Positions 11,274-23,996 of a stretch of 64,000 nt of DNA are shown here, piece after piece. The notes below the pieces were generated by a model. The model saw only the letters and a list, made by a program, of their open reading frames with translations, had not been told where the DNA came from and ran no database searches. Location of the stretch: positions 296,236,001 through 296,300,000 of the forward strand of contig OZ024743.1 of assembly GCA_964016885.1 (NCBI GenBank). Direction: 5' to 3'. A program made the translations under genes and the position numbers. The first letter of the stretch is position 1; each line of letters starts with the position of its first letter. The DNA is from Eledone cirrhosa (Eukaryota).

Positions 11274-12624
11274 TATATTTATTAAAATAACAGATTAAAG
11301 TTTAAGCAAAGAATCGCTGCTTTCACCCTTAACGGGATCTTCTGAAACTAACAAAGTCAATCTGTAAACGCAGAAGTGAATATTTCAAAAAACGTTGCAA
11401 CCGGAGGAAGACAGGAAGACGATACTTTGGTTCGTGGAAACCTGGTAAGAAACGTTTCGTTGAGGCTTTCCCGTCTTTCCACCAACGAGCGTATCTTCAA
11501 CGACCATTCCACTTATTACAATGAAGCTCTTGCTCGAAGTGGATTTCTCGATAAGATAGCATATACAGAGTACGAAAATAGACCTAGAAGAAATAGATCC
11601 CGTCGCATTTGTTGGTATAACCCACCATATAATATGGAGGTGGCCACACCATTAGCTAAGATCTTTCTTTCCCTTATTACGAAGCATTTTCCCCCTACAC
11701 ATAAATATAGTAAAATTTTTAATAGAAATACTATTAAAATTTCTTACTCTACGACTCCTAACCTTGCACATAACATCACAGCTTCAAATTTAGCTAAACT
11801 ACCTAGCCGTAGGAACACGTGCAACCCTGTAGTTAGTAGTAACTGTAATTGTAGGAATCGGGTTGATTGCCCCCTATCCGGGAAATGCCTCTCTAGTAAC
11901 ATTGTCTACAAATGTAAGGTTGTAACACCCACGTCCCGTAGGGCCTACATAGGTTTAACCGCCAATAGATTCAAGCAGTGTCTTTACATGCATACCCATT
12001 CTTTTCGTTACCCTCTAAGAAGGAATATCACGTCACTTTCAGCTTATATCTGGAGTCTAAAAGACAACCACACCCAATATAAGTTACACTGGGAGATCCT
12101 AGCTAGGGCTAGATCGTATAACGGAAATAAAAGACCATGTGACCTCTGCGCCGCTGAAGCCCTGGAAACACCCTACGCCACAGACCACATCTTAAACAAA
12201 AAATCTGAGGCAATTTCGGCTTGTAAACATAAATTGCACAAAACTTTCCTGTATTACACCCCACGTTATACCCTAACGGATAGTACGATTTATACGTGGA
12301 TATTTTACGTCTTGATGTGGGAGCTAAGTATATGTTTTGTTTATACCATTACTTATTTGCATAGCGAACGTTTCCACGAACCAAAGTATCGTCTTCCTGT
12401 CTTCTTCCGGTTGCAACGTTTTTTGAAATATCCACTTCTGCGTTTACAGATTGACTTTGTTAGTTTCAGAAGATCCCGCTAAGGGTGAAAGCAGCGATTC
12501 TTTGCTTAAACTTTAATCTGTTATTTTAATAAATATTTGCTCTACGGTTCTTATATATTTGATATATATTTATCCTTATCGAGCCCTCTTTGGATTTTAG
12601 TCTTCAAATTTATTATTATTACTA
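11274..12624 (+). mobile_element. 5'-truncated PLE-C (CxCx5Cx5C linker + GIY-YIG; probably Hydra clade) with inverted pLTR
   Basis: From 11442: WYNPPY, HFPPTHKYSKIFN, CNCRNRVDCPLSGKC, IVYKC...YIG, CDLC; homologous to the C-terminal third of 14963-17284; 11274-11441 is the reverse complement of 12370-12536; (TA)n flanks. Confidence 0.9.
12462..12512 (+). ncRNA. Hammerhead-like motif with non-canonical CAGAAGA core
   Basis: agttt CAGAAGA t ccc gctaa ggg t GAAA gca gcgattctt tgc TT aaact; all three stems form. Confidence 0.6.
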
Positions 12625-12639
12625 TATATATATATATAT

Positions 12640-13172
12640 TGGAAAAGTAAATAACAACAACAAGGAGTACAGCTGCGAAAGGTGTTAGGTATTAGGTTCA
12701 CGCTTGAGAGTGGGGGGCGGACGACGTTTCGGGCATAAGCCCTTCATCAGGACAATGGTGGGAAGGAGAGGAGTTCCGAGAGGGTGTGAGGGGTGAGTGA
12801 TGGAAAAATATTAAAATAACAGGAAAAAAATTAAAATGAAGGGAAAAAATTATATTTAAAATAACACATGAGTGGGACAATCAGTTAAAGACAAGTGGTG
12901 AAAGGGTGTGAGGCGTGGAGAGGTGGTGGTGGGTGGATGAAAGGGGAGAGGGAGCGGAGTCTGGAGGCAGAGTGGGTGTATATGAGGATACGTACGAGTG
13001 TGTGTGTTTTTGTGTGGTGTGGATACGTATGTATGGTTGCGTGTGTGCGAAAATGGTGTAAGTATATGTGTGTGTGTGTATGTTCCTGAATGTTTTTTTC
13101 CGTGAGTGTGTGGAGAGATGGTGGAAATCCGGTATTATATCGTGGATATCCTGAGAGTGTGACCAGTGGTGT

Positions 13173-13176
<4 letters not shown>
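12640..13176 (-). mobile_element. Non-coding PLE-tail family with degenerate minimal hammerhead
   Basis: Reverse complement of 12720-12755 reads gtc CTGATGA agggc ttat gccc GAAAC gtc; related copies at 31215-31412 (+) and 21062-21137 (+); (TA)n flanks. Confidence 0.65.
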
Positions 13177-13239
<63 letters not shown>

Positions 13240-13304
13240 CAAATAACGAAACGAAATTAAATTTCGTTTCGTTTGTAACTCACTTTTGTATGACTGACGC
13301 TTAA

Positions 13305-13998
13305 ACAATTAAGTTAAAAATGTACATCTACATATGCATACTGAAATACTAGTGTGTATATGAATACACACACGTATACATATGTAGGTGTAACAAGTAT
13401 TTCACTGGTTGCTTTACTGTGAGCAGCCCAGCTATTCTGTATGTAAACACACAGACAAACCGGTTTTTAGAGTCATACTGGTTTTCGGGGGAACACCTTC
13501 CCTCTATTCTCCAGAAAGCCAGACAAGGAATATTGAACTAGTTTCGTTGTTGTTACAACTCATCAGCAATATATACCTATCTACCGGCCCTTCTGGAGAA
13601 TTGTAAAAGCACTCCGGTGAACCGGTGCGTACTCACACTCTATGCAAATTAGTCTGCCCACTACTAATTTTCATAGAAAAAGCATATAACGATATGTGCT
13701 TTTACAATTCTCCAGAAGGGCCGGTAGATAGGTATATATTGCTGATGAGTTGTAACAACAACGAAACTAGTTCAATATTCCTTGTCTGGCTTTCTGGAGA
13801 ATAGAGGGAAGGTGTTCCCCCGAAAACCAGTATGACTCTAAAAACCGGTTTGTCTGTGTGTTTACATACAGAATAGCTGGGCTGCTCACAGTAAAGCAAC
13901 CAGTGAAAGACTTGTTACACCTACATATGTATACGTGTGTGTATTCATATACACACTAGTATTTCAGTATGCATATGTAGATGTACATTTTTAACTTA

Positions 13999-14003
<5 letters not shown>
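13305..14003. repeat. ~308-bp near-perfect inverted repeat (PLE-derived fold-back), 83-bp spacer
   Basis: 13305-13612 is the reverse complement of 13696-14003; the identical 65-aa 'ORFs' on the two strands confirm it. Confidence 0.95.
13736..13778 (+). ncRNA. Minimal type I hammerhead ribozyme (mirror copy at 13530-13572 on the minus strand)
   Basis: atattg CTGATGA gttg taacaa caac GAAA ctag TT caatat: perfect stems I and II, palindromic loop III. Confidence 0.85.
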
Positions 14004-14041
<38 letters not shown>

Positions 14042-14641
14042 AGATTTGAATGGATACAGTTTAGTTGAAAGGAATTTATTGACACGTGTTTCTATATGGA
14101 TGTGTATGTATGTGTATGTGTGTACACATGGACTAGAGTATGTATGTATATATGTGTGTGTCTATACGTGTGTATATAAAGATAAGTTGAGTATGAAAAT
14201 GTATACACATGAGCGCGTATGTATGTACATGAATACATGTGTGTATATATATGTGTATGCATGTGTATATATATGTAAGTATGAATATGTGAATTGTGTG
14301 TATATGTATTTTGTAGAGGTGTGCAAATATATTTGTGTGTGAATGCGTGGGTGAAAGGATACGTACACTTGAAAGAAAAATTTAAGTCTGAATGTTAATT
14401 AAGTGCAAACACAAAACCAACCACGCATATCTTCACTATCTCTAATCCTTCTATAGATTTAGAAAAATAACCAATAATATATTCTATAAAAAATGTCATA
14501 ACAACAGATGGGAATCTAATTACTCACTGCCACCAAGAATTCTCACTGCTATCGAAAAACCACTCCTTCAACTATTCTTCTAACAACTTCACCCCTCCCT
14601 CCTAATATTCTCTATAAAAACTAAATAGGTCCTCAGTAATA

Positions 14642-14758
14642 TTATTCTGATGAAATGACAGTAAATAATAACATTGAAATATTGAATGTCTGCATAACTA
14701 AAAGTTTGTAGATAGCTGTTTTAGGTTATGTAACTGTTATAGAAACACGTGTCAATAA
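14642..14758 (+). ncRNA. Hammerhead ribozyme in 5' pLTR with ~90-nt stem II domain
   Basis: ttatt CTGATGA a atgacagt...actgttat a GAAA c acgt g TC aataa; GUC cleavage triplet. Confidence 0.75.
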
Positions 14759-14962
14759 ATTCCTTTCAACTAAACTGTATCCATTCAAATCTTTCTATTT
14801 TTCTCCGGATTACTTTTGGAACTACAACTGGAACCGTCGAGCAAACTCTACGTGAACTGATAATCTACTGTGTGTAATATTTATATTACAACACAACGGA
14901 AAATACTGTATATTTACCTCCTGTAAAGTCGAGCAACCCACACAGCAAACGCAACCACAACA

Positions 14963-17284
14963 ATGGAAAAACACTACCTGGATATGTCACTCAAAAACAT
15001 ACCAACCCAGGGTAGAAAGGAATATTTATTGAGCATGATTCAAAAAACTAATGAATTCATTCGACGTGTCAGGTGGAAAACGCTCCACTATGATAGAAGC
15101 CGTATGAACTCAACATTAGAAAGTGGTGTAAACAACAAATTCGGTTTTAGGACTTGTAAAAACCCACCCACCAACCCACTATTAGATGCATTTGAGCAGG
15201 ACCTTATGAACTTAATCCTTAAAATTAAATTCAAAGGACGCAACACCAACAGCAAATTACAGAAAGATATAAAAAAACTACTGGACGACCTTAAAAACAC
15301 CAAAGGAATTGTAGTAAAAGCGGACAAAACATCAAACCTGTACACTATGGATTGCACTACATACAACAACTTCATTCGAAAAGAATTACATAAAAAATAT
15401 AGAAAAACGAGTGAAGTAACCCTTAAGCACATCAATGATGAGGCATGCGAAATAGTGAAAAATCTCGGAATCGAAGATAGGACAGGACCACTCTTACCGG
15501 CGGTACCCACCTTCAATCTTAAGGACCACAAGGTAAACTTTGATAATGACCCTAAAATTAGATTAATCTGTCCCTCTAAATCAGATATAGGTAAAATAAG
15601 CAAATATATCTTAGATAGAATCATCCCCCAAATTAAGGCTAAGGTTAACATTAAACTCTGGGGGAAGACCCAAGAAGCAATAAGATGGTTTAATAGCATT
15701 AGCAATAAGAATAAATCTAAGTTTATCCAGTTTGATATCGATGAATATTACTCATCGATATCACCTGAAACTTTGAATAGAGCCATTAAGTTTGCTAAGG
15801 ATAACTCTGACCTTACAAACGATGAAATTAAGATTATATTAGAAGCTAGGAAAACTATAGTCAAATTTGAGAACAGTTATTGGGTACGTAAAGATAGACC
15901 CTCTAACTTTGACATAACAATGGGCTCTAACGATTCGGCGGAAATAACTGATATTGTGGGGTTATTTATCGCCTTTAGACTCCAGGAAAAATTCAGCAAT
16001 CTCCACGGCGGAATATACCGCGACGATGTTCTCCTCCTAGCTAAAAACCTTAATAACCAAAAACTAGAAAAACTACGCAAAGATATAAGAAAACTACTAC
16101 TCGAAATAGGACTAACTATAACATATGAATACAACCTTAAAGTAGTTAACTTCCTGGATGTCACACTCAATTTAAACTCTGGTTTGATTAAACCGTTTCA
16201 TAAATTGAATGAAAATCTCAAATACGTAAATGTTGGGTCTAACCACCCCATCTCTATAATTAAATCTATCCCTAAAAATATTTCCCTTAGAATCTCGGGT
16301 CTATCTTCTAACATACAAGTATTTAAGGAACACGCCGAGTACTACGATAACGCCCTTAGTAAAGCAGGCTACCTCAACAAAATAGAGTACATAGATGGGA
16401 ACAATCAAAACACCCAAAATAAATCCCACATAGGTAGATATAATAACACAACACCAAACCACACTTACTACCATAGTATGCACACCAGTAAACCAACAAA
16501 CAAAACTAATAGAAAGCGATGCAAAGAGTACTTATGGTATAACCCCGAATACAATAGCTCCATTAGTACAAATTTACCAGTACTCTTCTTTAAAATAATT
16601 AAAAGACATTTTCCCACATCACACAAATACCACAAAATCCTAAACCCTACCACTATAAGACTGTCATACTCTACAGCGTTAAACCTTGAACAACACATAA
16701 AAAAGATCAATACTAGAAGGTTAAACGAAAACACTAAGAACTTAAGTACAAAGAACACAAAAAAAACAGTAGACAATACACTACAGAACATAAATAAACC
16801 ACACCTAAGTTCGTCCGCAATACTACTCCAGAGAAAACCCAACGTACACAACTGTAACTGCACCTATCCTGACAACTGCCCCCTCGGCAATAACTGCCTG
16901 GAAAAAAATATTATTTATAAGTGTACCATTAAATCCGGAGGCAACGAGTGGTATTACGTGGGATCAACGGCAACATCGTTTAAATCTCGATTGTATAGGC
17001 ATTCTTACTCAATAAAACACCAGAGCCAAAGAAATGTAACAACTCTAGCAGAAAAAGCTTGGACGCTCAGGGATAGCGATCAAAAGTTTACCCTAAAATG
17101 GGAAAAATTAGCTAAAACCCAAAGCTTTTCCAGGAGCCAAAATTTCTGCAAATTGTGTAATCTTGAGATTTATTACATAATCACACACAAGAAGAAACTG
17201 CTGAATAACAGAATTGAACGAACATTATTCTGCCGTCACAGAACTAAAACCCTTTTTTCCCACTACAAGCCGAATATTACATAA
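14963..17284 (+). CDS. PLE reverse transcriptase + GIY-YIG endonuclease (773 aa, uninterrupted)
   Basis: KADKTSNLY, LKDHK..RLICPSKS, FIQFDIDEYYSSI, FDITMGS, GIYRDD, VNFLDV, SNHP, WYNPEY, CNCx5Cx5C, IIYKC...YVGST...FKSR...H, CKLC, CRH. Confidence 0.95.
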   Translation: MEKHYLDMSLKNIPTQGRKEYLLSMIQKTNEFIRRVRWKTLHYDRSRMNSTLESGVNNKFGFRTCKNPPTNPLLDAFEQDLMNLILKIKFKGRNTNSKLQKDIKKLLDDLKNTKGIVVKADKTSNLYTMDCTTYNNFIRKELHKKYRKTSEVTLKHINDEACEIVKNLGIEDRTGPLLPAVPTFNLKDHKVNFDNDPKIRLICPSKSDIGKISKYILDRIIPQIKAKVNIKLWGKTQEAIRWFNSISNKNKSKFIQFDIDEYYSSISPETLNRAIKFAKDNSDLTNDEIKIILEARKTIVKFENSYWVRKDRPSNFDITMGSNDSAEITDIVGLFIAFRLQEKFSNLHGGIYRDDVLLLAKNLNNQKLEKLRKDIRKLLLEIGLTITYEYNLKVVNFLDVTLNLNSGLIKPFHKLNENLKYVNVGSNHPISIIKSIPKNISLRISGLSSNIQVFKEHAEYYDNALSKAGYLNKIEYIDGNNQNTQNKSHIGRYNNTTPNHTYYHSMHTSKPTNKTNRKRCKEYLWYNPEYNSSISTNLPVLFFKIIKRHFPTSHKYHKILNPTTIRLSYSTALNLEQHIKKINTRRLNENTKNLSTKNTKKTVDNTLQNINKPHLSSSAILLQRKPNVHNCNCTYPDNCPLGNNCLEKNIIYKCTIKSGGNEWYYVGSTATSFKSRLYRHSYSIKHQSQRNVTTLAEKAWTLRDSDQKFTLKWEKLAKTQSFSRSQNFCKLCNLEIYYIITHKKKLLNNRIERTLFCRHRTKTLFSHYKPNIT

Positions 17285-17606
17285 AAGAGGGACATCCCCC
17301 AACTATATAAACCTTAATCTAGTTAGAAAAATATAAAAACAATCTCTTCTCAACATATATTAATAACCTTAAATTACCATACTAATAATGAAAAGATATG
17401 CTGATGAGAATAGGTACAAATATGCGATAATGAATGTGTCTAAAAACGTCCATAAGTATGTATATATATGTGAAAATGTATATAAATAAGTAAATATATA
17501 TATATGTTTGATGTGTATAGTTAGATGTAAGTGTATTCATGTATTAAAGTGCTTATATATATATATATATGTATATGTGTGTATATGTATGTTTGTGTAT
17601 GTATGC

Positions 17607-17686
<80 letters not shown>

Positions 17687-18272
17687 GTATATATGTATGT
17701 ATATATGTGTATGTATATATGTGTATATGGATGTGTATGTATGTGTATGTGTGTACACATGGACTAGAGTATGTATGTATATATGTGTGTGTCTATACGT
17801 GTGTATATAAAGATAAGTTGAGTATGAAAATGTATACACATGAGCGCGTATGTATGTACATGAATACATGTGTGTATATATATGTGTATGCATGTGTATA
17901 TATATGTAAGTATGAATATGTGAATTGTGTGTATATGTATTTTGTAGAGGTGTGCAAATATATTTGTGTGTGAATGCGTGGGTGAAAGGATACGTACACT
18001 TGAAAGAAAAATTTAAGTCTGAATGTTAATTAAGTGCAAACACAAAACCAACCACGCATATCTTCACTATCTCTAATCCTTCTATAGATTTAGAAAAATA
18101 ACCAATAATATATTCTATAAAAAATGTCAAAACAACAGATGGGAATCTAATTACTCACTGCCACCAAGAATTCTCACTGCTATCGAAAAACCACTCCTTC
18201 AACTATTCTTCTAACAACTTCACCCCTCCCTCCTAATATTCTCTATAAAAACTAAATAGGTCCCCAGTAATA

Positions 18273-18389
18273 TTATTCTGATGAAATGACAGTAAATAAT
18301 AACATTGAAATATTGAATGTCTGCATAACTAAAAGTTTGTAGATAGCTGTTTTAGGTTATGTAACTGTTATAGAAACACGTGTCAATAA
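18273..18389 (+). ncRNA. Hammerhead ribozyme in 3' pLTR (copy of 14642-14758)
   Basis: Identical sequence in the second direct repeat. Confidence 0.75.
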
Positions 18390-18536
18390 ATTCCTTTCAA
18401 CTAAACTGTATCCATTCAAATCTTTCTATTTTTCTCCGGATTACTTTTGGAACTACAACTGGAACCGTCGAGCAAACTCTACGTGAGCTGATAATCTACT
18501 GTGTGTAATATTTATATTACAACACAACGGAAAATA

Positions 18537-18609
<73 letters not shown>

Positions 18610-18613
<4 letters not shown>

Positions 18614-18752
18614 TAAACGGAATAGAAAATGCTGACAAATTGTTCACAGTGAAAAATAGTTTAAATAGTTATAAGTGAGAATTAGTAATTGTATTGGTTA
18701 GTATTCAGTTTTGGTTTTAAGTTTTACCGGTTGCGCATTTCTAATGCTTTTC
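18610..18752. repeat. Dispersed repeat abutting (TA)n; inverted copy at 63468-63614
   Basis: ttggtaaacggaa...gcatttctaatgcttttcaaaaataattttgaga matches the reverse complement of ~63455-63614. Confidence 0.8.
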
Positions 18753-19118
18753 AAAAATAATTTTGAGATCAAGCGTCCGTGATGTTTGCTCTGATCTGAT
18801 TAGTTTTGGGAATTCTACCTGTTTTTATGTTAAAAAAGTGGCTCCAGCGGTATTAAAATAAGTTTTGCGCCAATTCGTGTTGCAAAAATTCTTGTGGTCA
18901 AAACAATTTTGATTGGTCGGTAGAGGTCATGTGAATGTAAAAAATTGATTTTGCGCCAAATGTAGGTTTGTGTCGGCTGACTGAGAAATGACTCTTTCAC
19001 AACAAATATGTGTGTGTGTGTGTGTGTAGTAGTAGTAAAGTGTTCGTTGTTGTGATAATGGTCAGCAGGGTTGTGTGTGCGAACCGCAGCCTGTTGACAG
19101 TTCAAATGCCTATTAAGA

Positions 19119-19193
<75 letters not shown>

Positions 19194-19569
19194 CAGAGTA
19201 ATTCGTGGTAGAGGGATGGTCAGTAGGAATGTGTCTGTAAGTGAGTGGGGGATATTTTAACATGTTAAAAGATATTTTTCAGCTCTTGTCTTATACGGAG
19301 AAGTGCGTGTGTGTGTGTGTATATATGTCTCTTTGTATGTTAATATACGCGTGTGTATGTGTGTGTGTATATATGTGTGTGTGTGAGAATGTGTGTGTGT
19401 GTGTGGGTGGACCAGTATTTTTTTCCTGGTAAAATGGTGTACATTATTCGATATTTTCAGTAAAAACGATTCTCTCAATAGAACATCAAAAACCTTAATA
19501 ATAAAAAGTGTGAAATGATATATAGTATTGGCATAATACCAAGGTGTGTGTGAGTGTGTGTGTGTGTGT

Positions 19570-19992
19570 GTGTGTCCAGATTGTACGTACTGAAAGGGGA
19601 TCCCTTAGGCTTTGCCGTATTGGAATACCTGTGCACAAATATGTATCTGGAGTGTGTCCAGAAATTCTATACCTGTGCACAAACTGTACACCTGTGCACA
19701 AACTGTACACATGTATCTGGAGTGTGTCCAGAACTTGTATACCTGTGCATAAATATGTATCTGGAGTGTGTCCAGATTGTAAGGCCTTGCCGTATTGGAA
19801 TACCTGGGCACAAATATGTATCGAGAGTGTGTCCAGAAAGTGTATACCTGTGCACAAATTGCACACATGTATCTGGAGTGTGTCCAGAAATTGTATACCT
19901 GTGTACAAATATGTATCTGGAGTGTGTCCAGATTGCACATACTGCAAGGGGAATTCATTAGGCTTTGCCGTATTGGAATACCTGTGCACAAA
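19570..19992. repeat. Minisatellite with ~44-64-bp units
   Basis: Recurrent atgtatctggagtgtgtccaga...tacctgtgcacaaa; about 7 copies. Confidence 0.9.
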
Positions 19993-20339
19993 AATGTATG
20001 TGCCAATCAGTGTGAAATGCATGTGTGCGTTTATGTATGTGTGTGTGTCGGCACGTTTATATCTATAGACATCAAAAGGTATACAAATTTGTGTATATTT
20101 GTGTTGCACCATAGAACATGTGTGTTTACGTATGTCATTGTGTTTATATGTGGGTAGAGATGTGTGCTGATGTAGGTATGTATGTTGACGTGTGTATGTT
20201 GTGGGTTCGTCTTAGGGAGAAGTGTTTAGACGGGGTCCGTATTTGTTAATAAAGTAAGATTCCTTGCTGATGCGCTGGGTGTGGGTGGCATTATCTTTAA
20301 ATTAGTAGAGGGGAAAGATTATATATATATATATGTATG

Positions 20340-20523
<184 letters not shown>

Positions 20524-20585
20524 TATAGATAGGTAAATATACACGGGTGTGTATAGGTAAATATACACGGGTGTGTATAGAAGAT

Positions 20586-20992
20586 TATATTAATAAGAGG
20601 AATTCCAACTTTGTCTGATTTACTCGTTTTATTTACAATCCTTTAAAATATATAATGGTATTATAATGAAATAGTATGATAGAATATTAAATTCTAAGTG
20701 TTAATTGAACAAGTACTTTCATGCTTTCGCAATCTTCAGGTTCATAATATGTGGTGACAGTCGAGTTTGCAATTTTCAACTGTGGAAATTTTCCACAGTT
20801 GAAAATTGCAAACTCGACTGTCACCACATATTATGAACCTGAAGATTGCGAAAGCATGAAAGTACTTGTTCAATTAACACTTAGAATTTAATATTCTATC
20901 ATACTATTTCATTATAATACCATTATATATTTTAAAGGATTGTAAATAAAACGAGTAAATCAGACAAAGTTGGAATTCCTCTTATTAATATA
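20586..20992. repeat. ~407-bp palindrome (1-nt spacer at 20789), PLE-tail fold-back
   Basis: Arms are reverse complements centred on tgtggaaa-t-tttccaca. Confidence 0.95.
20834..20872 (+). ncRNA. Minimal type I hammerhead ribozyme (mirror copy at 20706-20744 on the minus strand)
   Basis: tgaac CTGAAGA t tgc gaaa gca t GAAA gtac TT gttca. Confidence 0.8.
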
Positions 20993-21133
20993 TATATATA
21001 TATGTATATGTATATATGTATATATCTATATACATACATACATACATATATATATATATATATTTCTACACCACTGCTCACACTCTCAGGATATCCACGA
21101 TATAATACCGGATTTCCACCATCTCTCCACACA

Positions 21134-22853
<1,720 letters not shown>

Positions 22854-22873
22854 ATGTATAAATATATTTTATA

Positions 22874-22978
<105 letters not shown>

Positions 22979-23018
22979 ATATATATATGTGTGTGTATGT
23001 ATGGATGTATATATATAT

Positions 23019-23161
23019 ATAATTGTCACAAGTGTAGTGTTTGTACCACAGTTTTCAAGTCGCTGGCTGGACTAGAAAGTTACACTTGTTGAGCGCACTG
23101 GTAGGGGTTCTCCTACATGGATATAGAGTAGTGGCCGTACTCGAAAACGAGTTGGCAGCCA

Positions 23162-23165
<4 letters not shown>
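23019..23165 (+). mobile_element. 3' end of RTE-derived element (same family as 58174-58790)
   Basis: [22 protein letters not shown] zinc-finger remnant plus 3' end gtactcgaaaacgagttggcagccacca; here followed by (TA)n. Confidence 0.85.
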
Positions 23166-23225
<60 letters not shown>

Positions 23226-23504
23226 TGTATATATATATATATATTTACACACACATATATATGTATATATATATATAGCAGTTTAGGTACGATACATTTT
23301 ATTACTAATTATATCTAAATGTTTCTTCTCTCTTCATAATGTATTTTTAACTCTGATACTGGTTCAGACTAGTTCAACTGGATTGGTCTGTCCCAGTCAT
23401 TCATTGAGCAACATCGGTGAAGTTGGCACCCTTAACTCACAGTTGGGTGCGGATGCATTCATGTATATGTGTGTGTGTCCGCATGTATCTGTGTGTTTCT
23501 AAAT

Positions 23505-23932
23505 ATATTGTTAATAACTCCCTCTGGTCGAGCAATCTTTGAAGTGTGGGGACAGCTGGAAAGCTTCCATTACTCATACTTCTCGCCTCCTTCACCACCT
23601 CTTCTACGGCCTCGATATAAGTACCCCCTCCGCCTCCGTGGTATTTTCTTCGGGGTTATAAGAGGCTTAGCTCTGTTTCTCGACCGTTATATCGCGTGAC
23701 TATCTCCCCTCCGCCTTTTGGGATTCTTTCTCACGTCGTGTAGACGCGTTCTTGAGACTAGTAAAATGAGGTATCCTCTTGATAAGTCCGCAGACCTCGC
23801 AAGGACTCTATATCTTTATAATATATTGTTTTTGTTTATGCCACGAAACTACGTAGTCGAGGAATCTAGAAGCAGTTTAGGTACGATACATTTTATTACT
23901 AATTATATCTAAATGTTTCTTCTCTCTTCATA

Positions 23933-23936
<4 letters not shown>
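23505..23936 (+). mobile_element. Non-coding PLE-tail family with variant hammerhead (23774-23863); other copies at 44465-44684 and 23278-23345
   Basis: Near-identical copies, two of which end in (TA)n; tcctc TTGATAA gtcc..ggac...ac GAAA ctacgtag TC gagga. Confidence 0.75.

Positions 23937-23992
<56 letters not shown>

Positions 23993-23996
<4 letters not shown>

Larger units (their letters stand above)
14036..18544 (+). mobile_element. Full-length Penelope-like element PLE-B (probably Hydra clade) with direct pseudo-LTRs, in (TA)n
   Basis: Direct repeats 14093-14913 and 17724-18544 (821 bp, three substitutions seen by eye) flank an intact ORF; a 61-bp inverted piece 14036-14096 is the reverse complement of 14738-14798; (TA)n on both sides. 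Confidence 0.95.

Noticed and set aside
13409-13899. Identical 65-aa ORFs on both strands
   Set aside because: By-product of the inverted repeat; no protein motif
17401-17445. CTGATGAG after the PLE-B stop codon as a hammerhead
   Set aside because: No GAAA with supporting stems nearby
19570-19992. CRISPR array
   Set aside because: Spacers are repeated, no cas genes, eukaryotic context
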